From NCBI RefSeq assembly GCF_947497005.1, contig NZ_CANMFF010000004.1, positions 252,818-316,817 on the forward strand: DNA of 64,000 nt, in the 5' to 3' direction. The notes under the pieces are model-generated. The model saw only the letters and a program-made list of their open reading frames with translations. It had not been told where the DNA came from and did not search any database. Both the position numbers and the translations under genes were made by a program. Positions 50,796 to 59,853 of the stretch are shown here, piece by piece (position 1 is the stretch's first letter; each line of letters starts with the position of its first letter). Source of the stretch: an uncultured Ruegeria sp. GTDB taxonomy: Bacteria > Pseudomonadota > Alphaproteobacteria > Rhodobacterales > Rhodobacteraceae.

Positions 50796-51890
50796 TTAAT
50801 CATTCCGGTCCGGAAACAGTCCGGCAAGGCCTTCTGCAGAGGCCTCGCAAACGCCACGCTCGGTTATAAGTCCGGTGACCAGCCGGTTTGGTGTGACATC
50901 AAAGGCGGGATTGGCACCTTCCGTGCCATCTGGCGTCACGCGAACATCTGAGATGTTCCCCTGCCCATCAACACCCATGACATGGGTCACTTCCTTTGCA
51001 TCGCGTTCTTCGATCGGTATTTCTGCAACACCGTCGCGAACCGTCCAATCAATCGTAGGCGAGGGCAGGGCGACGTAAAACGGGACACCGTTGTCCCGTG
51101 CGGCCAGAGCTTTCAGATAGGTGCCGATTTTGTTGCAGACGTCACCTTGTGCCGTGGTTCGATCCGTTCCTGTAATGACCAGGTCAACCAACCCGTGCTG
51201 CATCAGGTGCCCCCCCGCATTGTCCACGATATAGCGATGGGGAATCCCGTGTTCGCCCAGCTCCCAGGAAGTCAACGCGCCCTGGTTGCGCGGCCTGGTC
51301 TCGTCTACCCATACGTGAAGCGGAATGCCCGCGTTAAGCGCGTGATACATGGGGCTTGTCGCCGTGCCCCAATCCACTGTCGCCAGCCACCCCGCGTTAC
51401 AATGGGTCAACAGACGCACCGGCTCGCCCTCTGGTTTTCGCGCAGCAATGTCCTTGATCAGCTCCAGCCCGTGACGGCCAATAGAGGCGTTGATTTCGAC
51501 ATCTTCGTCCGCAATCTCCTGCGCTAACGCCCAAGCGCGTTCAGCACGATCATCCGGAGCGAGTGACATCAGTGCTTCACGGCATCTGTCCAATGCCCAA
51601 CGTAGGTTGATTGCCGTGGGCCGGGTCGCATGCAGTACGTCATACGCACCGTCGAACGAAGCTTCGGAACTGTCACGAGACATCTGCTCGGCAATCCCAA
51701 ACGCAGCGGTTGCACCAATCAGTGGCGCACCCCTGACCCACATATCCCGTATAGCTGCTGCGAATTCATCCAGAGTTTTCAATGTCACAATCTGGAAATC
51801 ATGCGGCAACCATCGTTGATCAATGATCCGAACTTCACCTGCTGGTTTGTCCCACCATATCGACCGGTAATGGGTGCCTTGTACTTTCAT
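50796..51890 (-). CDS. mtnA: S-methyl-5-thioribose-1-phosphate isomerase
   Basis: [47 protein letters not shown]. Confidence 0.95.
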   Translation of the reverse strand: MKVQGTHYRSIWWDKPAGEVRIIDQRWLPHDFQIVTLKTLDEFAAAIRDMWVRGAPLIGATAAFGIAEQMSRDSSEASFDGAYDVLHATRPTAINLRWALDRCREALMSLAPDDRAERAWALAQEIADEDVEINASIGRHGLELIKDIAARKPEGEPVRLLTHCNAGWLATVDWGTATSPMYHALNAGIPLHVWVDETRPRNQGALTSWELGEHGIPHRYIVDNAGGHLMQHGLVDLVITGTDRTTAQGDVCNKIGTYLKALAARDNGVPFYVALPSPTIDWTVRDGVAEIPIEERDAKEVTHVMGVDGQGNISDVRVTPDGTEGANPAFDVTPNRLVTGLITERGVCEASAEGLAGLFPDRND

Positions 51891-52012
51891 AATGCGGTCT
51901 CCGTATTCGAATGGCCTGATCAGAATTCAAATACAGGGTGCGTTCTTATGAAGAACTTGTAAACGGGCGTTTCTGATTTCGCGGCAGTATTTTGGGGTGA
52001 CTAGAGGTGCAG

Positions 52013-52468
52013 CTAGTGCCGCATGGCGGCACGGATTTCCCGCTCCAAAGCGTCCAGAAACCTCGAGCGGTCTGCTTTGCCGAAAGGTCTACCACCGCCG
52101 CCCGTTCCCATTGGATTGGCCGCGCGCAGGTCAGCCATCAAATCACGCATTGCCAATTGCTGGCCTATATTTGCTGCGGTAAAGGCTTCGCCGTTCGGGC
52201 GCAAAACACGTGCGCCCGCTTCGACACATTTCGCAGCCAAAGGGATGTCGGACGTAATGACGACATCCCCCGCGCTGCAGCGTTCGGCAATCCACTTGTC
52301 AGCTTCATCAGCGCCTTCTGAAACGATGACAACTTGCACCAATGGGTTGGCTGAAGGCCGTAGGCCGCCATTGGACACCAGCACCATAGGCACCTTGTGT
52401 CGCGTCGCGACTCGCTCAGCCTCGGCTTTGACAGGGCAGGCGTCGCCATCGATGTAAAGCGTGGTCAC
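52013..52468 (-). CDS. YaiI/YqxD family protein
   Basis: [23 protein letters not shown]. Confidence 0.92.
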   Translation of the reverse strand: MTTLYIDGDACPVKAEAERVATRHKVPMVLVSNGGLRPSANPLVQVVIVSEGADEADKWIAERCSAGDVVITSDIPLAAKCVEAGARVLRPNGEAFTAANIGQQLAMRDLMADLRAANPMGTGGGGRPFGKADRSRFLDALEREIRAAMRH

Positions 52469-53922
52469 GCCCTTTTAGCCTCTTTCTTGGCCGGTTCTGC
52501 AGGTTTCTTGCGCACTTTGAACTCTTCAGGAATCGGCATCCGATTGAACGCGTCCAGACCAGCGATCTTGTAGGCTTCGGCCAGAGTTGGATAGTTGAAC
52601 GTATTCTGTACGAAATAGTCTACCGTGCCCTTCAGATTCAGCACAGCCTGCGCAATGTGGATCAGCTCGGTCGCGCCCTCGCCGACGATCTGCACGCCCA
52701 ATACCCGGCGAGTTTTTAGCGAGAACAGCATTTTCAACATGCCGTGCTCGAGCCCCATGATATGCCCGCGTGAGGTTTCGCGGAACCGGGCAACGCCAAC
52801 CTCATAGGGGATGCCACGCTCCTGCAGTTCTTCCTCGGACATGCCGCAAGTCGAAATCTCGGGTACGGAATAGATGCCATAGGGATACCATGGGCTTTCC
52901 GGCAGGGTGGGGGTTTCAAGCGCGTGACATGCCGCGACACGCCCCTGTTGCAGCGAGGTCGAGGCCAACGAAGGGTGCCCGATTACATCACCGGTTGCAT
53001 AGATGTGAGGAACCGTAGTTTGATATGTCTTGCGATCGACCTTGATCCGGTTGCGATGATCGACTTCCAACCCAACGGCATCCAGATTGAGTTTTGACGT
53101 TGCGCCCATGCGCCCGGCAGCAAACAGCAACATTTCGGCCCGTACGTGGCGTCCGTTTTCAAGGGTCACTTCCACATGACCGCTGGCATCTTCAATTTTC
53201 TCAACGGCCGAGCCCAAACGCAAGTCAACACCGTTTTCCCGGATCTGGTGGGTGAAGTCGTGGATAAGTCGACTGTCAATGAAGTCCAGGAAGGTATCCC
53301 GCGGTTCAATCAGCGTTACCCGCACATCCAATGCCGAAAACATCGTAGCGTATTCGACACCAATGACCCCGGCACCGATAACAACCAGCGAGCGTGGAAT
53401 TTCCGCCATTTCCAGAAACTCGTCGCCATCGACCACGGTCTTGCCATTGAACGGAACATAATCCGGACGATAGGTTTTGGTGCCGGTCGCAATTAGGAAT
53501 TTGGCAGCGGTTACGCGCGTGGTCTCTCCTGCGTCGGTGGCGACTTCGACCTCATCCGGTCCGACAAACCTGGCCAATCCATCCAATGTATCCACGTGGT
53601 TGCGGTTGAACTGATGCTCCAACACGTCAACCTCATGATCGAGGGTCATATGCAAACGGGCTTTCAGATCTTCGGCGCGGATCTGATCTTTTACCCGGTA
53701 TGAACGACCGTAAAAACTGCGCTCTCGCCAGCCTGACAGGTTCAGAACCGTTTCGCGCAGGGTCTTGGATGGGATGGTGCCTGTATGGACAGAAACGCCA
53801 CCAAACCGATCTTTACGGTCGATTACCAATACGCGCCGTTTCAGTTTGCCCGCCTGAATCGCGGCTGAACGCCCTGAAGGTCCTGACCCGATGATGATCA
53901 GGTCATAATCGTATTTGCTCAT
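52465..53922 (-). CDS. sthA: Soluble pyridine nucleotide transhydrogenase
   Basis: [41 protein letters not shown]. Confidence 0.92.
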   Translation of the reverse strand: MSKYDYDLIIIGSGPSGRSAAIQAGKLKRRVLVIDRKDRFGGVSVHTGTIPSKTLRETVLNLSGWRERSFYGRSYRVKDQIRAEDLKARLHMTLDHEVDVLEHQFNRNHVDTLDGLARFVGPDEVEVATDAGETTRVTAAKFLIATGTKTYRPDYVPFNGKTVVDGDEFLEMAEIPRSLVVIGAGVIGVEYATMFSALDVRVTLIEPRDTFLDFIDSRLIHDFTHQIRENGVDLRLGSAVEKIEDASGHVEVTLENGRHVRAEMLLFAAGRMGATSKLNLDAVGLEVDHRNRIKVDRKTYQTTVPHIYATGDVIGHPSLASTSLQQGRVAACHALETPTLPESPWYPYGIYSVPEISTCGMSEEELQERGIPYEVGVARFRETSRGHIMGLEHGMLKMLFSLKTRRVLGVQIVGEGATELIHIAQAVLNLKGTVDYFVQNTFNYPTLAEAYKIAGLDAFNRMPIPEEFKVRKKPAEPAKKEAKRA

Positions 53923-53925
53923 CCT

Positions 53926-54759
53926 TCAGTCTCCGTACAGAGCCTCGGCATGAAAGACGACGTGATCTTCCATGAAGGTCGACACAAAGTAGTACGAGTG
54001 ATCGTAGCCCGGCTGGAAGCGATAACTCGCTTGCTGCCGGCGCAGTGCGACGGCTTGTGCCAGTGCTTCGGGGCGCAGCAAGTCCATGAACTGATCATCA
54101 GAACCAGTGTCGATCAGAACGGGGCCGTCGAACCCTTTTTCCTTCATCAACAGGGACGCATCATGTTTGGCCCAAAGAGACTCATCGTCTCCGAGGTATG
54201 CGCTCAGTTGTTTGCGGCCCCAATCCGCACCGGTCGGGTTTGAGATCGGTGCAAAGGCCGAAACCGAACGGAAACGACCTGGCAAGTTCATCGCCAGTGT
54301 CAAAGCGCCATGCCCGCCCATGGAATGACCGGTAATGGCCTGGCGTTCGCTGTCGATAGAGAAGTTTTCGAACAGCAGGGTGGGCAGTTCTTCGGCAATG
54401 TAGTCCCACATCTGGAAATGCGGAGCCCACGGTTCTTGTGTTGCGTTCACATAGAACCCTGCGCCTTGACCCAAATCATAATCCTCGTGATCTGCGACGC
54501 TTTCACCGCGCGGTGACGTATCGGGGAATACGACTGCAATCCCTTGTTCCGCCGCCCACGCCTGTGCACCAGCCTTGGTCATTGCGTTTTCGTGGGTGCA
54601 GGTCAGACCTGACAGATACCATAAGATCGGAACCGGACCGTCCTTAGCCTCGGCTGGAAGAAACAGGCCGAAAGTCATATCACATTGGCACACCGAGGAG
54701 GCATGGCGGTATACGCCCTGCACTCCACCAAAACAGGCATTTTCCGAAAGGGTTTCCAT
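53926..54759 (-). CDS. fghA: S-formylglutathione hydrolase
   Basis: YLSGLTCTHEN, GAGFY, GHSMGGHGA, YDHSY. Confidence 0.94.
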   Translation of the reverse strand: METLSENACFGGVQGVYRHASSVCQCDMTFGLFLPAEAKDGPVPILWYLSGLTCTHENAMTKAGAQAWAAEQGIAVVFPDTSPRGESVADHEDYDLGQGAGFYVNATQEPWAPHFQMWDYIAEELPTLLFENFSIDSERQAITGHSMGGHGALTLAMNLPGRFRSVSAFAPISNPTGADWGRKQLSAYLGDDESLWAKHDASLLMKEKGFDGPVLIDTGSDDQFMDLLRPEALAQAVALRRQQASYRFQPGYDHSYYFVSTFMEDHVVFHAEALYGD

Positions 54760-54862
54760 CAGGCACCGTCCTTATTTTAGAGTCGCAACATGGCTAACGA
54801 TCCACGGACCCGGCGTAAAGTCCGAGCGCCTTCGACGAGAGTATTTTTCGAAAAGGTGAAGA

Positions 54863-55792
54863 TCAGAGGGTGCTTACCCAGGCGATCACCGGCGGTACGG
54901 TCAGAATGCTGACGATTGTGGACAAAAGGATGGCTGCTGATGCGCGTTGAGGGGCGGTTCCGAAATGCGCGGCCAGCATGTAAACATTGCCCGCAACTGG
55001 CAAAGCGGCCGCGGCAATCGCCACGGTTGCCGGAAAAGTTTCAATCGGTATCAGCCATATCAATGCGACAGCAACGCATGCCGGGTGGATCACCAGTTTG
55101 CAAAAACTCAGCCACGCGGCGATCTGGATACGCTCCGCCGATTTGCCTGCCAGTGATGCGCCAATGGCGAACAATGCCCCCGGGGTTGCGGCACCCCCGA
55201 GAATGGTCAGAAAGTCACCAAGAGGTTCAGGAACAGGAATTTGGAGCGAAGACCAGATGAGACCGGCTGAGATGGATACGATCATGGGGTTCTTAACCAA
55301 ACCTAGTCCGATCAGCCTGAATGTGGCCGGGGTCAGTTTACCGTCACGGCCACCATTGATCAGGATCACGATCAAGGAAGAAAACACCACCAGATCGACA
55401 GTCAGAACCAGCATGACAGGCCCAATTGCCGCCTCAGTGAACAAGAGCGCCAGCATCGGGAGGCCAAGAAAACCGACGTTGCCGATAGCGGCACATTGCG
55501 CTTCGACCGCTGCGGTTGGGATATCGAGACCGCGCAGCCAGGCGACGCAGGTCGCCAGCGCATAAACTGTCACGGTTCCCAGAAGATATCCAAGGATCAG
55601 CCGGATGTTGAAAATCTCGGCAAAGGGTAGGGTGGCTGCAAAGCGAAACAACATCGCTGAAAGCGCAAAGTAAAAGACGAACTTGGTCAGATATGCTGTG
55701 GCTTCGGCAGTGAAAAACCGCGTGCGTCCCGCCCAAAAGCCCAGGCCGATAATCGCGAAAAACGGAAGGGTGCGCAGAAAGATATCGACCAT
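54863..55792 (-). CDS. AEC (auxin efflux carrier) family transporter
   Basis: GNVGFLGLP, KNPMI, LFAIG, KLVIHP, LPVAGNV; about 10 TM. Confidence 0.9.
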   Translation of the reverse strand: MVDIFLRTLPFFAIIGLGFWAGRTRFFTAEATAYLTKFVFYFALSAMLFRFAATLPFAEIFNIRLILGYLLGTVTVYALATCVAWLRGLDIPTAAVEAQCAAIGNVGFLGLPMLALLFTEAAIGPVMLVLTVDLVVFSSLIVILINGGRDGKLTPATFRLIGLGLVKNPMIVSISAGLIWSSLQIPVPEPLGDFLTILGGAATPGALFAIGASLAGKSAERIQIAAWLSFCKLVIHPACVAVALIWLIPIETFPATVAIAAAALPVAGNVYMLAAHFGTAPQRASAAILLSTIVSILTVPPVIAWVSTL

Positions 55793-55938
55793 GGGCCAAG
55801 TCCTAGCACGGTTTGAACCCGCCGCAAGTACGCGGCATCAAAGCAATTGCACCGCCGTATTTGATGAAATACCTGAGAATCGTTGTATCTAAACCGAACA
55901 GTTTATAATCTGACGCGATTATCGATCAAGGAAGCGAC

Positions 55939-56556
55939 ATGACCCAGACCGCCACCATCCTGCGCACCGGCCGAAAATTCGACCAGGTTTTACGCGGGGC
56001 CCGAGAGGTTTTCATGGCGGACGGGTTTGAAGGTGCAAGCGTGGACGACATTGCCCGCGTAGCTGGAGTATCAAAGGCAACATTGTACAGCTACTTCCCG
56101 GACAAGCGCCTTTTGTTCATGGAAGTCGCGCAAACGGAATGCTGCCTGATGGCCGAGCGGATCATCTCGATGATCGACGAAACCAAACCCGCCCGCGAGG
56201 TGCTGCAGATCACAGCGACACAGCTGACTGCTTTTCTTGTGTCGGATTTCGCGCAGCAGGTTTTCAGAATCTGTGTCGCCGAACGAGACCGGTTCCCCGA
56301 ACTTGGCCGTGCGTTCTATGAGGCTGGGCCACAAAATGGCCAGCGACAGATGGCCGAGTATTTGGAAAAAGCGGTAGCCAAAGGCGAACTGGCTATTGAA
56401 GATGTACATATCGCAGCCGAACAGTTTTCCGAATTGTGCAAGGTGCGGATCTGGACCCGGGCGGCATTCGGCATTCAGAACTCGTTCAGCAAGGACGAAA
56501 TAGATCTGGTCGCCGCTCAGGCTGTTGACATGTTTCTTGCCCGATATGGGGTATGA
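55939..56556 (+). CDS. TetR/AcrR family regulator
   Basis: GFEGASVDDIARVAGVSKATLYSYF; ERDRFPELGRAFYEAGP. Confidence 0.92.
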   Translation: MTQTATILRTGRKFDQVLRGAREVFMADGFEGASVDDIARVAGVSKATLYSYFPDKRLLFMEVAQTECCLMAERIISMIDETKPAREVLQITATQLTAFLVSDFAQQVFRICVAERDRFPELGRAFYEAGPQNGQRQMAEYLEKAVAKGELAIEDVHIAAEQFSELCKVRIWTRAAFGIQNSFSKDEIDLVAAQAVDMFLARYGV

Positions 56557-56664
56557 TCCATAAAAGTGATGGCCCGCGCCCTAAACAGGGGCGCAGACCA
56601 TCGCTCACTCACCAAGACACTCGATACAGAACAGTTTAAGGCAATAAGTCTTGTGTGAATCCCT

Positions 56665-58035
56665 TTACTCAATGAAAGTTCGGGCCAGGCGCTCGCTGAC
56701 AGGCTGTGCCAGATAAGCAATCACTGCGCGTTCACCGGTGCTTACGAACAGGTCTGCGGGCATCCCGGGGACCAGGTCCAAAGCCGCCACCTCTTCGGAT
56801 TGCTGTTCATCCAGTTTGACCCGTGCCTTGTAGTAGGCCTCGCCCGTACGTTCGTCCTCCAATGCGTCAGCCGAGATATCAAAGATTGCACCTAGGGCCT
56901 CGGGCACATCGGCTTGGGCAAAAGCGGACAGGCGGATACGTGTGGCCTGACCGATTTTCAGCTTGTCGATGTCGCCGGGTTTAACCCGGGCTTCGACAAT
57001 CAACTCCTGGTCGGCGGGCACGATTTCCATGATGTGCTCGCCAGGTCTTATCACTCCACCTGTGGTCGAAGCGGCCAGATTGACAACGCGGCCACTGGTT
57101 GGGGCCAGAATCTCGATTCGTTTGCGGCGTTCTGCGGCGCCTGCGTATTGCGGACGGATCAGATCAAGCTGCGCGTCAACAACGGCCAGCTCTCCGGCGA
57201 AAACTTCATCCCGCAGTTTTTGCTGGCTGATCAGCGTCAGTTTCAACTCGCTGACCTGATTTTCCGCCTGCGCAATTTGCGTCCGAAGCGAAGCATCAAC
57301 GCCTGAAAGCCGTTCAACTTCGATCTGCCGGGTACTGACACGCGTAGCCGCGACAAGGCCCTTTTTCAGCAGGCTTCGCAAGTTGTTCAGTTCCTGTACA
57401 GTAATGTCCATCTGATTTCGCGCGCTGACACGCTGCTCATTCAGGCCTGCGATCTGGTCCCCCAAGGCTGAAATGCGCTGGGAATTGATTTCTACCTCGG
57501 TCGCGCGGGCGCGAAATTCAGCGTCAAACAACTGCTTCTGAGTCAGATAGGCCGAATACCAGTGCAATCTGTTCATTCCTTCTTTGAAGTTCTCAAACGC
57601 GGTGGCCTCGACAAATTGTGTCCGCCCCCGCATTTGCGCCAGCAGGCGCGCGCGGCGCACGGACAGTTCTCCGAGCTGACTGCCGAGCACGCTGAGGTCA
57701 ACGTCAATGTCGGTGCTGTCCAACCGGATCAGTGCTTGCCCCTGTTCGACAAATTCGCCGTCTGTAACCAATATGGACCGCACGATGCCGCCATCGAGAT
57801 GCTCGACTGTCTTTCGGTCGCCTTCCACCACAAACGACGCTGGCGCCACAACAGCCCCATCCAGTCTTGAGGCGAACGCCCAGTAGACACTGCCACCGAC
57901 GAAAGCCAGAAGGGTGATCAGACCAAGCAGAACGTACATCCTGATGCCGGGTGTGACATCGGTGACGTCAACGATCTTTACGTCATTGAGAGTCAGGGCA
58001 TCGTTGATCGGGGTATGGGGAACGATCCGGGTCAT
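56665..58035 (-). CDS. HlyD-family type I secretion membrane fusion protein (PrtE-like)
   Basis: One N-terminal TM, VEHLDGGIV, coiled coil, APTSGRV, LVPGMPA. Confidence 0.93.
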   Translation of the reverse strand: MTRIVPHTPINDALTLNDVKIVDVTDVTPGIRMYVLLGLITLLAFVGGSVYWAFASRLDGAVVAPASFVVEGDRKTVEHLDGGIVRSILVTDGEFVEQGQALIRLDSTDIDVDLSVLGSQLGELSVRRARLLAQMRGRTQFVEATAFENFKEGMNRLHWYSAYLTQKQLFDAEFRARATEVEINSQRISALGDQIAGLNEQRVSARNQMDITVQELNNLRSLLKKGLVAATRVSTRQIEVERLSGVDASLRTQIAQAENQVSELKLTLISQQKLRDEVFAGELAVVDAQLDLIRPQYAGAAERRKRIEILAPTSGRVVNLAASTTGGVIRPGEHIMEIVPADQELIVEARVKPGDIDKLKIGQATRIRLSAFAQADVPEALGAIFDISADALEDERTGEAYYKARVKLDEQQSEEVAALDLVPGMPADLFVSTGERAVIAYLAQPVSERLARTFIE

Positions 58036-59792
58036 TGAGCAGCTCCTGTGATAAGATTGTCGTCCCGAAGGTGCAGGGCAGGGTTTCTCGCCGATGCCCG
58101 TTGCGTCGGCGATTTCAGCACGTTGCGGCTGTTGACCTTGAGCACGTCGTCCTTGTCGCCAAACTGGGTTTGTGACCCGTTGCGTAAGACCATGACCTTG
58201 TTTGCCGCTTGCAATGTGGCGGGGCGATGCGTCATGACAACAGTTATCGACCCTCGGGCCTGGGCTGCAAGGATGGCGTCACGCAGGGCTTTCTCACCTT
58301 CGGCATCCAGATCCGAGTTCGGTTCGTCCAACACCATTACGAATGGATCGCCATAGAGCGCCCGGGCCAGGGCAAGACGTTGCCGCTGACCGCCGGACAG
58401 GAAAAAACCCTGACCGATACGCGTTTCATACCCGTCTGGCAGGCTGCTGATCAGTTCATGTACGCCAGCCTCTCGCGCGGCGCGCAGCACTTCGGCATCG
58501 TCAATGGCAACGGAAAACCGACCGATGTTTTCACGTATCGTGCCGTCAAACAACTCAACGTCCTGCGGTAGATAGCCGATTTGTTTGCCCAGATCCTCGT
58601 GATTCCATTTCGACATCGGACTGCCATCCAAAAGAACCTCGCCCCGCTGCGGGTGCCAGATTCCGGCCAGCATTTTGCCCAGCGTTGTCTTGCCAGATCC
58701 ACTTTGGCCGATGATTGCCAGCACATCGCCTGCGGTCAGGCTGAAATCGATGCCGCGAAGGGTGGCGTTGAGTGCACGGGGCGGCCCCGCCTGCGCGATT
58801 TTCACATCCAAAGACTTGAACGCGCGGGGCAAGTGGAGGTTGGGCGGTGTCTCAGCATATTCCTCGGTCAGCGATTTGATCTTGGCATAAGAGCCTCGCG
58901 CAGCCAAAAAGGTACGCCATTGCCCGATCAGTTGATCGATGGGTGCAAGAGCGCGTGCCAGAACGATGGTTGCAGCAATCATGACGCCCGCAGTGGTTTC
59001 GCCAGTGATAGCCAGCGCTGCGCCCAATCCAAGCGCGGCGGATTGTAGCCCCATACGCACGGTCTTGGACATGACCGAGAAGCTGGCGATCCGGTCCGCA
59101 GCACGGCTCTTATGGTTATGGGCATCCACTTGCAAAGCAGTCCAACGGCGCACCAGATCGGATTTCATGCCCAACGCATGGATCAGCTCGGCATTGTTGT
59201 CGCCGGTTCGGAACAATGCGTCCGAACGCCCGCGGGCCTGTGCGGCCTGCTGCATCGGCTGATGTGCGCGAGTGTTGTTGATCAGTGCCATAGCCGTCAG
59301 CATCAACGCACCTGCCAGTCCGAGCAGGCCGAGCAGAGGATGAAGAACATAGAGCATCAGCAAATAGATCGGTATCCAGGGCGCATCGAAAAATGCTGTC
59401 AGGGTTGTGCCGGAGATGAATTCGCGAAACCCGTTCACGTCTTCGACCAGGTTTTCACCCGTGGCGGCTTCGCCCTGCACCCGGCGCTGCATGGCCGAGG
59501 CAAGGACGGGGGTGCCGACAGTCATTTCAAACCGTGCGGCAAGGCGGCCCAGAATGCGCATTCGTATCAGATCAAGACAGGCGATTACCACAAAGACACC
59601 CGCCAATAGCAGAGACAGGGCGATCAGCGTGTCAGAATTCTGACTGGTCAGGACGCGGTCATAGACCTGCAGCATGTAGATCGGTCCGGCCAGCATCAGC
59701 AGGTTCAGAAACAGACTAAAGAAGGCGACCGCGACAAAACCTTTGCGCAGCGACCTCCAGGCGGCTTTGACGGGATTGGTTTTCTGCAACAT
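58032..59792 (-). CDS. Type I secretion ABC permease/ATPase (PrtD/AprD-like, no C39 domain)
   Basis: YMLQVYDRVL, FFDAPW, Walker A GQSGSGKT, LSGGQRQR, Walker B VLDEP. Confidence 0.94.
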   Translation of the reverse strand: MLQKTNPVKAAWRSLRKGFVAVAFFSLFLNLLMLAGPIYMLQVYDRVLTSQNSDTLIALSLLLAGVFVVIACLDLIRMRILGRLAARFEMTVGTPVLASAMQRRVQGEAATGENLVEDVNGFREFISGTTLTAFFDAPWIPIYLLMLYVLHPLLGLLGLAGALMLTAMALINNTRAHQPMQQAAQARGRSDALFRTGDNNAELIHALGMKSDLVRRWTALQVDAHNHKSRAADRIASFSVMSKTVRMGLQSAALGLGAALAITGETTAGVMIAATIVLARALAPIDQLIGQWRTFLAARGSYAKIKSLTEEYAETPPNLHLPRAFKSLDVKIAQAGPPRALNATLRGIDFSLTAGDVLAIIGQSGSGKTTLGKMLAGIWHPQRGEVLLDGSPMSKWNHEDLGKQIGYLPQDVELFDGTIRENIGRFSVAIDDAEVLRAAREAGVHELISSLPDGYETRIGQGFFLSGGQRQRLALARALYGDPFVMVLDEPNSDLDAEGEKALRDAILAAQARGSITVVMTHRPATLQAANKVMVLRNGSQTQFGDKDDVLKVNSRNVLKSPTQRASARNPALHLRDDNLITGAAQ

Positions 59793-59853
59793 CGTGTTGA
59801 TCCTTTCCGGTTTTGAAAGCGGGGCGACCCGGGCCGCCCTGCCACTGGATCCC

